A stretch of DNA of 64,000 nucleotides from Torpedo marmorata (taxonomy: Eukaryota). Both the position numbers and the translations under genes were made by a program. Below the pieces are notes generated by a model, which made no database searches, was not told where the DNA came from, and worked only from the letters and a program-made list of their open reading frames with translations. The stretch is taken from contig OZ360223.1 of NCBI GenBank assembly GCA_977017645.1, positions 72,230,001 to 72,294,000 of the forward strand, read 5' to 3'. Shown piece by piece: positions 39,317 through 51,890 of the stretch (position 1 is the stretch's first letter; each line of letters starts with the position of its first letter).

Positions 39317-39457
39317 ATCTAATATCAATGGTCCTGGTACTCCAAGGCCCCTGAGTCGATCAAAAGTTTCATTATCAAGTCCTCTTACAACAAACGGTTT
39401 GCCAAATAGTACTGATAGAGAAATAAATGTACAACAAACAGAGGACAAATCTCATAG
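39317..39457 (+). CDS. PPP4R2: PPP4R2 coding exon (141 bp)
   Basis: tttcag|ATCTAAT...CATAG|gtatat; encodes [33 protein letters not shown]..., a recognisable PPP4R2 segment. Confidence 0.94.
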
Positions 39458-40014
39458 GTATATTTTCCAAATCTTTGAATAGAGTTGGCAATCTTTATTA
39501 AAAGTCCAAGGGAAATGCTTTTTGTGAAAGTGTATGAATATATTCTGATCATGTTTTTGTTATTGTTGAGAACAAATATAAATGATTAATTTCTAAAGTA
39601 AGCAGCATCACCTTACATGTATCAAACATTGGAGCATAGTCATCATTCCTTGGGTGCTTCACCATGTTATCAAGTAAAATTTAAACCAAGCCTTTGGATA
39701 CTCAATGGCTGGCCAACAGCTTGGTCAAAGCAGTAGTGGTTAAGGATAATCTTAAAAGGGAAAATATGCAAAAGGCAGAGATTTCAAGAAAAAAATTCAG
39801 TTCTGAAGAGATGTAGCAGCTGAAGTATGTTGGCTGTTGGTGGAGCAAATTAAATTGTGGTCCAACAATTGTGTAGGAATATAAATGTGAGGGTTGTGGA
39901 AGATCAGGGGGACCAAGAGGGGTTTTGAAATTGAGAATCTGAAAATTAAAAGATGTGTTTTACCTGAGCCCAATGAAAGTCATGGTGGATATGGGTATTG
40001 TACGAATGCAAATC

Positions 40015-41580
40015 AAGTCAGTCATATAGCATAGAAACAGACCCTTTGTCTCAACTCGTACTTTCCAACCAATTTGCCTACCTGAGCCAGTCACATTTGC
40101 TTGTGTTTGGTCCATATCCCTAAAAATATTTCTTAACCACGTACCTGTCCAAATGTTTTTTAAATATTGTAATTTTACCTGCCTCAACCACCACCTCTCC
40201 CAACTTGGTCTATATAACCACACCCTTTCTGCAGAAACGTTTGTCCCTCAAGTCCTATTTAAATCTTTCTCTTCTTGCTTTAAACCGGTGGACTCTAGTT
40301 TTAGATTCCCCTACATTGGGGGTGAAAAAATAGTTATATAAGGTAAACTCCACCCTATTTATGCCTCTCGTGATTTTATTAACCCCAATAAGGATGCCTT
40401 CAGCCGCCTACGCTTACAGGAAAACAGTCCCTGCTAATCCACTCTATTCCTATCTCAAGTCCTCCAGTCCCATATCTTTGTGAATAATTTCTGCACCCAC
40501 TTTAGCTTAATCACATCTTTCCTGTATCATGGTGACTAGAATGTACACAATACACCATGTGTGGTATCAAGACATCTCAACTCTTCTATTCAGTGCTCTG
40601 AACGGTGAAGCCATTCGTACCATACACCACTTTCCTGTTTATCTGTGTTAGTACTTTTGGTGAATTATGTACTTACACCCCATATTGTCTCAGTTCCACA
40701 TCACTACAAAGGGACCTGCTATTCACTGTGTATGCCCTGAAACACGAAAATCTGCAGACTCTTGAAGAAGGGCTCAGGCCCGAAATGTCGGTTATATATC
40801 TTTGCTTCCTATGGACGCTGCAAGATCTGCTGAGTTCCTCCAGCATTTGTTTTTACTGTACATGCCTTGCCCTGGTTTAACTTCCCAAAATGCATCTCTT
40901 CTCAATGGTCTGAGTTTACTTCCATCTGCCAGTTCTTTGCCCACATTCCCAGTTGATCTTGATCCTCTTATCACTGGAGACAACCACCTTCACTGTTAAG
41001 ATACCACCAATTTTGATGTCATACGGAAATTACTAATCATGGTCTACATGTTCATCCAAATTGTTAAGATATATGACAAAAAGGGATCCAGCACCTATTC
41101 ATTTGACACACTACTGGTCAGGCCTACAGCCTGAAAGCAACCTTCCACAATTACCCTCTGACTCTAACCACCAAGCCAAATTTGTATCCAGTTGGTAATC
41201 TCATCCTGGATCCCATGTGACCACGTGGGACTTTGTCAAAGGCTTTTAGTCAAATCCACATTGTTGATACTCTTGGTCACCTCTTCATAAATTCCAAAAA
41301 AAGTCACGAGCCATGCTCACTCTCCTAATCGGTCCCTGCCTTGCCAAATGCAAAGAGATCCTGTCCCTCAGAATCCCTTGCAGAAGTTTTCTCAACACAG
41401 ATGTTAGGCTCACTGGCCTGTAGTTCCCAGGCTTGTCCTTGCTGCCCTTTTCAATAATGAACAACATAAGCCACCCTCTGTTCTTCAGGTAACTCATCTG
41501 TGCAAAGAAGATAAAAATTCTCTGCCAGGGCTCCAGCAATCTCATCCCACAATGTCATTGAATATAATTGTTCAGATCCC
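40015..41580 (-). mobile_element. Old CR1-type LINE fragment
   Basis: KGSKDKPGNYRPVSLTSV motif; CR1-type 3' tail near 40030; boundaries approximate. Confidence 0.75.
40740..40855 (+). mobile_element. Older Penelope-like mini insertion: short inverted tail plus a hammerhead-bearing 3' end
   Basis: AACACGAAAATCTGCAGAC then TTGAAGA-AGGGCTCAGGCCC-GAAAT...CTCCAGCATTTG; degenerate flanking repeat ACTGTGTATGCCCTG / ACTGTACATGCCTTG. Confidence 0.7.
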
Positions 41581-41743
41581 AGTAAATTGGTGCAGTCTTG
41601 ATGAGGCCAACAACTTTGAATGGATGTATGCACTAAAACAAAGATGGGGAAATAGTCCTGCGAGTTGGAGAAGGCGGTCTGCACCATTAATGTGATTCTG
41701 TGTCAAATTGTTGCAGCTATTACACATTTTTATTTTTGAATAG

Positions 41744-41991
41744 TGATTCACCCACATCCCATGGAGAGGATGTTCAGAGTAGCTGTTCAAAAAATAAACA
41801 TTTAGAGGACACAATGGAAGCTGAAGCACCAGAGGTGAAACGACTGAAATTTGACAAGGAAAATGAGGAAGATGAGCCTATACATTCTGAGAGTTCTTCA
41901 GAAATGCCTGAAGAAAGTGAGAACACAGGGAACCAGGAAGAATCCAAAGATGCAAGTGAATGGACTGATCCAGCTAGCGTAGATAAAAAAG
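41744..41991 (+). CDS. PPP4R2: PPP4R2 coding exon (248 bp), acidic region
   Basis: aatag|TGATTCA...AAAAAAG|gtactg; encodes DSPTSHGE...KNKHLEDTMEAEAPEVKRLKFDKE...; phase consistent on both sides. Confidence 0.9.
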
Positions 41992-42521
41992 GTACTGTAT
42001 ATCTTCTTGAATGTATAAAATCAAAACTATGGTTAGTAGAAGCATCCTATTACAAGGCAAACTTGCTGTAATGTTCTCCTGATAGAAAATAACATACCAA
42101 TGAACGTAGACTATCAGTTATTTCAGCCTTCATTGCGCACATGTTAACATGCAAAACTAAGTTCCTTAAATGCAAATCCAACTTTTGGAAGAAATCTTGC
42201 AACACAGCTGTATCCTGTGAAGAAATCAAATTTAACAATTTTGTATTTAAAGGATTTCTACACCAAATCCATGAGTTGTCCTTTTTTCTAATTTTAAAAT
42301 GTAAATGCCTTTTGTGTACTTGTACATTTCTACACAATCCTCCCAAAAATGTGACAGTAAGATCAATACCATGTTGAACATCACACTCTAACATCATGAT
42401 AGCTGCACCATTAAGCCTGAGCATTGATCCCCAATTTTCTTGGAGATGATATAATGCAGAGTTATTTTACCATCTGGAGTCTTGTTTTCCTGTATCTTCT
42501 CTGACTTTCCAGCACATGAAT

Positions 42522-43590
42522 TCATAATTGGCTTGCCTGCAGAGAGCAGAGGGTAGGAGTAGATGGAATGTATTCTACCTGGAGGTCAGTGACTAGTGGA
42601 GTTCCGCAGGGATCTGTTCTGGGATTCCTGCTCTTTGTGATTTTTATAAGTGACCTGGACGAAGAAGTAGAGGGATAGGTTAGTAAGTTTGCAGATGACA
42701 CGAAGGTTGGATGTGTTGTGGATATTGTAGAAGGTTGTCGTAGGTTACAACAGGATATAAACAGGATGCAGAGTTGGGCGGAAAAGTGGCTGATGGAGTT
42801 CAATCCGGATAAATGTGAAGTGATGCATTTGGTGGGTCAAACTTGAAGGCAGAGTACATGGTTAATGGCAGGATTCTTAATTGTATGAAAGATCAGAGGG
42901 ACCTTGGGGTCCAAATCCATACATCTCTCAAGTTTGCTGCACAAGTTGATAGGGTAGTTAAGAAGGTTTATGGCATGCTGGCCTTCATTAGTTGGGGGAT
43001 TGAGTTCAAGAGTCTTGAGGTGATGTTGTAGCTTTACAAGACTCTGGTTAGACCACACTTGGAAAGTTGTGTTGAGTTCTGGTCACCTCATTACAGGAAG
43101 GATGTGGAAGCTATTGAGAGGGTGCAGAGGAGATCGATCAGGATGTTGCCTGGATTGTGGAACGTGTCTTGTGAGGCAAGGTAAAAAGAGCTATGACTTT
43201 TCTCGTTGGAGTGGAGAAGAATGAGAGGTGACTTAATAGAGGTCTACAAGATTATAAGAGGCATAGATAGGGTGGACAGCAGCACCCTTTTCCAGGGGCA
43301 AAACTAGCAAACACCAGAGGGCATCTGTACAAGGTGACGGGAGGAAAGTATCAGGGAGATGTCAGGGGTAAGTTTTTTTTACACAGAGTAGTGGGTGCCT
43401 GGATGCATTGCCAGGGATAGTGGTGGAGGCTCGTACAAAAGGGACATTTAAGAGACTCTTAGACAGGCACATAGATGCAAGAAAAATAGAGTGTTATTGG
43501 TGAAGGGAGGGTTTAGTTTGTTGAGAGGGTTTATATAAGTCGGCACATCATTGTGGGGCAGAAGGCCTGTACTGTGCTGTAAAGTTCTAT
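42522..43590 (+). mobile_element. CR1-type LINE 3' fragment in the last PPP4R2 intron
   Basis: [17 protein letters not shown] and QRDLGVQ motifs; LYKTLVRPHLE. Confidence 0.88.
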
Positions 43591-43763
43591 GAAAGTGTAA
43601 CACCCAACTTCATGAATGGCTAATTTTAGTATTTATGCTTTGAAGTTATGAATGTTTTTTGTGACAACAGCACAGTTATAATTGAGCAATATTATCAACG
43701 TATCTGCTCGCTACTGCTTGGCAATAGAGAAGTGGCTTCTGATAATATTTTGTATGTTTTCAG

Positions 43764-44056
43764 AATCATCAAGTGCAAAAATGAAAGCCTTGTTTGAATC
43801 CGATCAAGAGAAAGTTGAAGTTTCATTTAAAACTATCAAGACTTCAGATGAAAATCAAATGGACCAGTCGGACCTAACCAAGACATTAACTTCTGAAGCA
43901 AGTGAAATCAGTGAAAATACTGACACTGTTAGTAACAGTGTGGACTGCAGTGCTGCAGGAAAACCAGATACACCACCTGAAACTCCAGATATGCCTTCTG
44001 AGAGCCCAATGGAAAACAGTGCGGATGTCACAGAAGAACCAATGGAACAGGACTAA
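43764..44056 (+). CDS. PPP4R2: PPP4R2 last coding exon
   Basis: ttttcag|AATCATCA...; open to EEPMEQD-stop, the characteristic vertebrate PPP4R2 C-terminus. Confidence 0.92.
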
Positions 44057-45245
44057 GAATGGAGATGATCTGTGCTGTATTTTCTATGAGGTGTTGATTT
44101 TACACTGTATAAATTTTAAGTAATAAAGTGGACCTTTTGTTTTCCAGATAAGGAGGAATAGACCTCTGACCCCTGGAAGAGCTGTACTAGATGAGAATTG
44201 TGAAACCAGCTACTTTATGATCTCATCTACTGCTCCCATCTTTTTTTTTGGTCAAATCAGTGGGTTATGCATAGATTTTATTTAGAGAAAGTTTTAAAAC
44301 TGGAAAGTAGTACTATAATTTGTCAAATTGTTTTGCAGTTCATTGGACAAGGCCATTTACCATAATTATTTTTTGTTGGGTTTTAAACACTTAAATTTAA
44401 TTTCTTGGTCATTGTTTGAACTTTAAATACATACACTTACAACACTGCAGAAACCACAGGTAACAACACATTCCAGGGAAAAACTCAAAATTAGACATCA
44501 CTTTTATTTGCTTCTGACCCTCCATTGATGGAATTTATCAATCAAAAGGGAGTATGTGGTTCACATAAATGTGAAACATCCAAGCTTCAGACTTGTTTCA
44601 GTTTGTTTTGGTTGCTGAATATTTTTTTTAATTCACTGTTCAAGCAGCAAAAGGTGGGAAGTGGTTGCTCAATTTATGCTCAGTGGTTAGAACATTGTGA
44701 ATATTTGACTAAGTTCTTTTAAGTTAACATACTGTGGCATGCGGACAGCAATGTTACACTTGTACCACTGATTGCATTGAAGAGCTACAGCAATTAATCT
44801 ATTGATTTAGTATTGTGCCAGATCTTATGTACTGGTCATACAATTTTAGGGGGTGCATTGAACCACCATGATTTGTACAAAATTTTGAAGTGAAAGATAT
44901 TTTTGAACATGCTACTACATATTGACAGCCAGTGGTTGTACATTTTTGGAGATGAGAACTCAAAGCACAAATGATCATCTGTACTTGTGATGTTTTCTGA
45001 TTTCCAGCTTGTATATTCAAAATCCTTCAACTAACTTTCTCAATTACTGGCTGTCGAGTTTGTACTTGTTTCTGGCAACTGTACTTTTTGATATTTAGAA
45101 TTTTTAAATTTCTGTAAGTAGATTTTGTAGATTGTAATTGTTCACTGCCTTTGTGAAACGTTATATATAATTTGTGTGTAAACTGAATGCTATGGCTTTC
45201 AATACAGTATTCATATAAAGCAATAAATGTTATATTGGACACAGT
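44057..45245 (+). other. PPP4R2: PPP4R2 3'UTR with proximal (AATAAA 44122-44127) and distal (AATAAA 45222-45227) polyadenylation signals
   Basis: AT-rich stretch after the stop with no recognisable TE; two AATAAA hexamers; the 3' end is inferred. Confidence 0.6.
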
Positions 45246-46959
45246 CTGGAGATACACTCCAGTTCCCGTTGATAAAATTTGCACAGGTTTATTTACCAGA
45301 GACCCTGATGACTGCACGTAACTGGCAATCTACAAGATTGGCAGTTTTGTCTTTCCTGTGAATGTAGTATGTTGCACTTGTTAAAGTGAATATTCTAAAG
45401 ATATAGTTTTGTGGGATCTTAAATTAACTTTCTTATCAGAGAATTAACAATCTTCATCCTAAGCGGTATGTAAAGTTTTACAGGATGCATAAGCGTTGTA
45501 ACATTGTTTCTCTTCAGTGCTGTGGTTGCAAAGAATATGCATCTTAAGTTGCTAATTAAACAATAGTTTTCACAAGTTTTTACCAAACTGATCAGCAAAA
45601 ATGTTTTTGAATTTTAATCTTGTTTTCCGTATTAGTGGGAGAATTTTAACAGTACAGAGTAGTTGCTATTACCAAAGCCAGATTTGTTTTTGTGCACATG
45701 CAGGAGTTGAAGTCGCATGCTATGTTTTTTTTTTTTTAAATCAGCCTAACTGCGACCAAGCTTTTTAATGTCTCTGTAACATTTGAGTAACATTTTTCAA
45801 TCAGTTTTAATTTAGTTGAAGAAAAAAAAGCCTGCGTGAGTTGCTCAGATTTGCAAGCTAAGAGCAGCAGAAAAAAAATGTGAATATACAAATGGCAAAG
45901 GTGTTTGAATTTAGCCTTTTCCTCCTGATCCACCTAATTATCATTCCATTTTGGAAATATACTCAGCTCCAGGTGATGATGATGTTAGCTCATAATATTT
46001 GAGAAGATTCTGGAATAGGCTAATTAAACAATAGTCTACATCAATTATAATTAAATGATATAACACCAAATATTGCAACCAACCATGCCTGTTCTGTCCA
46101 CAGATACCTATTGCAACCTTTTATCTATCCAGTTAAACTATTCTATCCAAGTTTCAGTCAAATACCCCTTTTAAAACTGTTAGATTGCTTCGGCAAGTAC
46201 CTCTCATTCAGTTAAACAGCTCAAGTGTGCTTTGGCTTTATTCTGTACTTCTCCTCAAACTTGACCTCCACTTGAACAGACAAGACTCAGGTGAGTTAGC
46301 TAACTTCTGTGTTTTAATTCTCCATGTTGAAAATGAAAACAAGACATTTGGGAGAGGGTGTTATTTGTTTAAATATTTTGAGATTGAGTTTTCACACTGA
46401 TTTCAAAGCTGGATATTGAAAAATAATGGATAGCACAATGGCATTCTTTCCTCCTGGCCCTTTTTTATTATTGTGCATCTCTGGCTTCACCTGTCCACTT
46501 GTAAATAGCTGAAATCAGCCAGTTCCTCATTGTCACACAAATGCATTTTACCGATACTAATACAGGAGGCACAGCCATCTGCTTCATATAGTGAAACATT
46601 TACCCGTCAAACGGGTACTTCAGCAGTGGCGTTCCGAGCTGAAGAGAGGTCATATAACTTGTATACACCTGTTCAGCCATTCGTTATATCAAACATTCCT
46701 AATAGAGGCCAGTGGTGAGTGGGATGGACTTAAGTACGAAGACTGTTAAATTAATGGATGCCTATTAATAATTGGATAGCAAGAAGTTATTTGAATCATG
46801 TAAATAATTGGAAATTCCATAAATTTGATGCCTTCAGTTAACTGAGTTTCACTTGGAGAAATTGGAGTAATATGGGTAATTAACACTTATTTAAATTTCT
46901 ACCACTTAAAGTAAAAGTTGCAGCAACATTGATATGAGGGGATTTGTTATTGAGAGGAA

Positions 46960-47480
46960 TTTGATGTTGATGGAGTGAAAGGGGAGAAGTATGAGTCATG
47001 GTTGCTGGAGTTAAAATGGTTGGCTGCAGGAAGCTCTGGTTTAGATCCATAAACAGAGTGTAGATGTCCAGCGAAATGGTCACCTAATCTCCATTTGATC
47101 TCACCAATGTAGAAGAGGCCACACCAAATGCAGTAGATTAGGTTGAACAATGTGCATGTAAAGCTGTGCCTCACCTAGAAGATCTGTTTGTGGCCCTGGA
47201 TGGAGATGTAGAGACATGTTTTGCACTTTTTTGCAGTTACAGTGGGAAGTGCCCAAGGGGGTGGAAGGTTGGATGGAGAGGGAGGAGTGGACTCGGGAAT
47301 CTCAGAGGGACCTATTCCTGTGAAAAGCAAATAGGAGTGAAGAGGGTAAGATGTGGCTGGTTGTCGGGTCACGCTGAAGTTGGCGGAGGTGTCGGAGTAT
47401 AATATAATATGACAGATGCAAAGCTGGTGGGGTGGGAAGTGAGGACCAGAGGAACTCATTTTGAAACCTTGTTTTCCTTA
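46960..47480 (-). mobile_element. Decayed Penelope GIY-YIG fragment
   Basis: LIYCIWCGLFYIGEIKWRLGDHFAGHL. Confidence 0.75.
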
Positions 47481-49578
47481 AAGAAATTGACATTGCTTAA
47501 TTGCTGAGTATACATTAGTTTTGTAAGAAAAAAATGTATTTGCACACTAAAAACTGCTAGCATGTTAGCACTTAATCCTTTAGTTACACAATATTGTTTT
47601 AGAAATACTCCTTAATCCAACCTTATTTTAATTCTTGAACATGTCTGAATTACCTCCCCAAAAGAACTAAGTTTGTTTTGGACTGAAAGTGTTTTGCATT
47701 TTTGATGTCAATGCATTGTAGCTGATGTAGTTCCTCCAAAATATAGTCTTTATTGTAATATAAACTAAAACAAGCTAATTGAGTAGAGCATTGCCAGAAG
47801 AGATATCAATGCTCCTGTTTAGCAGTTGAGATGTTGTCTCTATGCAGAACACCAAGTGCACTTCCCCATGCATTGGATGATGTCACAAGATTGCAATTTC
47901 ATCTCACAGGTGATTATCTTTTGAAAGTAAAGTTTTCTGATAACACTGAAGACTCGGCTTGATCTTAAAGCTTCATAGTATCATCTACAGTTCATACTCC
48001 TGGTTCTTGTTTTTAACTAAATTTGGACTTCCTGCTGATCTGGTGTTCAGATAAATGTTGTGAATTTGCAAGACGACTTAAATTGCACAGAAAATGGCTT
48101 TTGATAAGTAAGATAATTTCCATTATTACTGAACATGACAAATATGTATGTGATAAATATTTGGGGCTCAGATGTGATTTTTAAGCACCAAATTGGTCTG
48201 ATTTAAAAAAAAATATATATATATATAAATAAATTCGTTGAAATGCCTCAAACTGTATATGCACTTGTGGCCAAATGCAAAGTCAGTGGAGATTGAATGA
48301 AAGAAACAGAATCAGAGCAGTGACCAAAAGTTCAGTCAGATGAGATTTAGAATGAGTAGTAATGGAGGAAAGGGAGTTCTGATTTGAGACTTTGCCTGCA
48401 GCACAGTATGCATGCACACATGACTACATGGACATAGGATCTTCCCCACACTGTCTTAGCTTTTCTCCCTCCATGACACCATCACTGCTCTGCAGTTTGA
48501 AACAGCAAAGCTGTGTTCATATGAAACCAGAGACAGGTATTTGACCCTCTACTATGTCCGCAACGTAGATTTAAAGACCCAATGCAATGGTCAAACCAGA
48601 AGGAATAAAAGGAACTAAGGTGCGTAAAATTCCTTACTCCAAAATAGACATCTGAGTTTTCAAAGCAATGAAATAAAACACTTTTAAAAATGAGTGACAG
48701 AAGTATGACAACTCCTGGCATTTCACTGATTTGACTTTGGTTCAAATTGGGCCAATGCTAATCATCTCCAATACCTACCTGCAAGAATTTTTGAAGAATA
48801 ATTTCAATGTGCTGGCACAATGGTTATTATTGATTCTTCAAACAAGCCATCAATTTATTGACTCCCACTAGAATCTTTTCCAAGGATTACCTGCCATAAT
48901 TCTGACTGAAACGAGGTTTCACTTGTAAATCAAGTCAATCAGGTCTTATGCAAGCACAATCAAGTAATTTATTTTATTTAATCATTCTAATACAGTCTTG
49001 CATTGAAGTGTTTGCTAATGGCTTGGCTCAATGGTTTGGGCATTTTAAATTGCAGTGGTTATTGTTTCATTGTAATACTTCAGAATGACCAAAACATGTA
49101 GGTCTCCAAATCTTGTATGTCAGGTTAACTAAAAACACAGAAGTGCTGGAGGAACTCAGCAGGTCTCACAGCATCCATAGGAGGTAAAGATCTATAACCA
49201 ATGTTTCGGGCTTGAGACCTTCAAGTTTTGAGCAAAAAGCAGGCAGGCATCAGAATAAAAAGTGGAGGATTAACACAGGCAAAAGGCAGTTATTGCACTT
49301 GGATAGGAGGAGAGGAAAGGTGAGAATTGATCAGGGGAGGGGGTGGCTCTGTGAATGCAGAGCTGGAGGAAAGGAGACAGAGGGAAAGAAACGGAGCTAG
49401 AAGAAAGGAGATATAGGGCAAGGGGAGGGGTGGGGGCTAACTGAAACCAGAGAAGTTGATGTTAATGCTATCTGGTTGGAGGGTACCCAGATATAATATT
49501 AGGTGGTGTTCTTCCAATTTGTGGATTGTTTCAATCTGGCAGTGCATGAGACCATAGTCAGACATGTCGGCATGGGAA

Positions 49579-49804
49579 GTAAAACACGAAAATCTGTAGA
49601 CACCGTGGTTGAAGTAAAAAACAAATGCTGGAGAAACTCAGCAAGTCAAACAGTGTCTTTTATGTAGCAAAGGTAGAAATACATAACCGACGTTTCGGGC
49701 TTTGATGAAGGGCTCAAGCCCGAAACGTCGGTTATGTATTTCTACCTTTGCTACATAAAAGACACTGTTTGGCCTGCTGAGTTTCTCCAGCATTTGTGTT
49801 TTTT
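49579..49804. mobile_element. Penelope-like foldback insertion; the fold point lies at the hammerhead motif
   Basis: ~88-bp inverted arms; direct repeat ATGTCGGCATGGGAA at 49564-49578 and 49805-49819; TTGATGA...GAAAC at 49702-49726. Confidence 0.9.
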
Positions 49805-50044
49805 ATGTCGGCATGGGAATGGGGCGGGGAATTGCAATGGGTTGCCACTGGAAGATCCCTGCTATTGCAGTGGACAGAGCAAAAGTGCTCAACGAAGCGA
49901 TCTCCCAGTCTGTGTCAGTCCAATGTACGGAAGACCACAGATGCAGTAGATGACCCCTGCAGATTCACAAGTGAAGCGTTTCCATTGGAAGGACTCTTTA
50001 GGGCCCCTAATTCTGATTCTGAAATGGTGGTGAGGGAAGAGGTA

Positions 50045-50620
50045 TCAGAATTTATAGTCATGAACAAGTCATGAAATTCGGAGTTTTGCGGCAGCATCAT
50101 AGTGCAAACATTCATATTATAACCATCTTACGACATTACTATAAAAAATATAAATAATAGTGCACGAAAAGTAAGGCAGTGTTTTTGGTTCATTGATTAT
50201 TCAGGAATCTGATGACAGCGGGGAAGAAGCTGTCCTTGTGCTGTCTTTAGGCTCCTGTACTTTTTTCCCGATTGTAGCAGAGTGAAGAGGGCATGGCCTG
50301 GGTGGTGGGGGTCTTTGAGGACAGAGGCTGTTTTTTAAGACACCGCCTCATGTAGATGTTCTCGATGGAGTGAAATCTGGTGTCTGTGATGTCACAGGCC
50401 GAGTTAACAACCCTCTGGAGTTTATTCTTGTCCTGAGAGTTGGCGCCTCCATACCAAGCAGTGATGCAACCAGCCAGAATGCTCTCCACGGTACACCTGT
50501 AGACGTTTACGAGAGTCTTCGGTGACATACCGAATCTCCTCAGACACCTCACAAAGTATAGCCACTGGCAAGCCTTCTTTGTGATTGCATCAACGTGGAG
50601 GCTCCAGGACAGATCCTCAG
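50045..50620 (-). mobile_element. Rex1/Babar LINE 3' fragment
   Basis: [16 protein letters not shown]...CITAWYGG; near-identical to the other copies. Confidence 0.9.
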
Positions 50621-50899
50621 GTGCAAGTGTAGCATTTCTTGCAGTCACAGGGGTAGGTGCCAGGGGGGCAATTGGTGGGAAGGGAGGAGAGGACAAGGGA
50701 GTCACAGAGGGAGCAGTCCCTGCAGAAGGGAAGATATCTCTGGTGGTGGGATCACATAGTAGGTGGTGGAAATGCTGAAGGATGTTATGTTGGATGCAGA
50801 GGGTGGAGGGGTGGTAGGTGAGAACAAGGGGTATCCTGTGAGGTCAATTAATGTGTTAAATTTATAATTTATGGAAAGTCAAATAAAACTCTCAACAGC

Positions 50900-51890
50900 A
50901 CAGAGATGGCTGGCCTTTGAGTCCACCATTTCTGCTCTGACTATGATGGCATTGTAACCAATCCTACCAGCCTGCCATATCCATCTGTTTCCTGTCTGTT
51001 TGAATGCCTTTTATCTATCACCTCCCTTAGTAGAGCACTCCAGGCACTTATTGCCTTTCACATCTGCTTCAAACCTTTTCCCCACTCACCTTAAATCTGT
51101 GTGCCTCCAGATATTTGGCATTCCCACCCTGGGAAAAAGACTGGCTATTTCTCCTATCTATGCCTCTAATAAATTTATATACTTCAGAGAAAATAATCCA
51201 AGTTTTTCCAACTTCTCATTTTAGTTTAATGCACTCCCATCCAGGCAACTTCCTGGTTAACTTCTTCTGCACCCAAAGCCTCTACGTTCCTTCTGTAATG
51301 TGGTGAAAGGAACGGCACACAATATTCCAAATGTGGCCCAACCAAAGTTTTATACTGCTGCAACTTTACAATCTGACTTTAATACTCAAGCTCCGACCAA
51401 TGAAGTTAAGCACTCACTATGTTTTCCTTACCACTCTATCCATTACTCCACCAACTATTACCTCCTGCCTGTGGGACTGTGCTCCTCCCCTCTGCCCTTC
51501 CCCCACCCCCCACCATTTTGTTCAGGCACCTGCCCACATTTTGTCTGTACCATGCTGAAGGGCTCAAGCCCAAAATGTCAGTTATGTATCTTTACCTTTG
51601 CTATATAACGTACACTGTTTGACCTGCTGAGTTTCTCCAGCATTGTGTTCTTACAATGTCACTTTTCCAGAGCTCTGGACTTCCACTCCAAGATTCCTTG
51701 GTACATTAAGGCTCCTAAGGACCCATCATTTACTGAAAACTTCCCTCTTGCATTTGTCTTCCCAAAGTGCAACACCACACACTTGTTCGGATTAAACTCC
51801 CAAGTGCCATTTCTCTGCCCATGTTTCCAACTGATCGATATCCCGCTGTGTCCTTTGACGATCTTCCTCACTTTCACACCTCCGCCAGTT
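50900..51890 (-). mobile_element. Old CR1 fragment containing a + strand Penelope 3' end (about 51440-51653)
   Basis: WEFNPNKCVVLHFGK motif; inserted GAAGGGCTCAAGCCC...TTTGACCTGCTGAGTTTCTCCAGCA. Confidence 0.7.

Larger units (their letters stand above)
49129..50840 (-). mobile_element. Older Penelope-like element interrupted by a young foldback and a Rex1 copy
   Basis: pLTR end at 49129-49225; remnants of the endonuclease region on the - strand at 49440-50040 and 50620-50840. Confidence 0.7.

Noticed and set aside
33919-43763. Endogenous bornavirus-like nucleoprotein (EBLN2 lies in a primate PPP4R2 intron)
   Set aside because: No such ORF seen; the only long intronic ORF is Gypsy gag.
47870-47945. 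C/D box snoRNA
   Set aside because: Only an imperfect box C (TGGATGA) and a CTGA, with no convincing terminal stem or guide.
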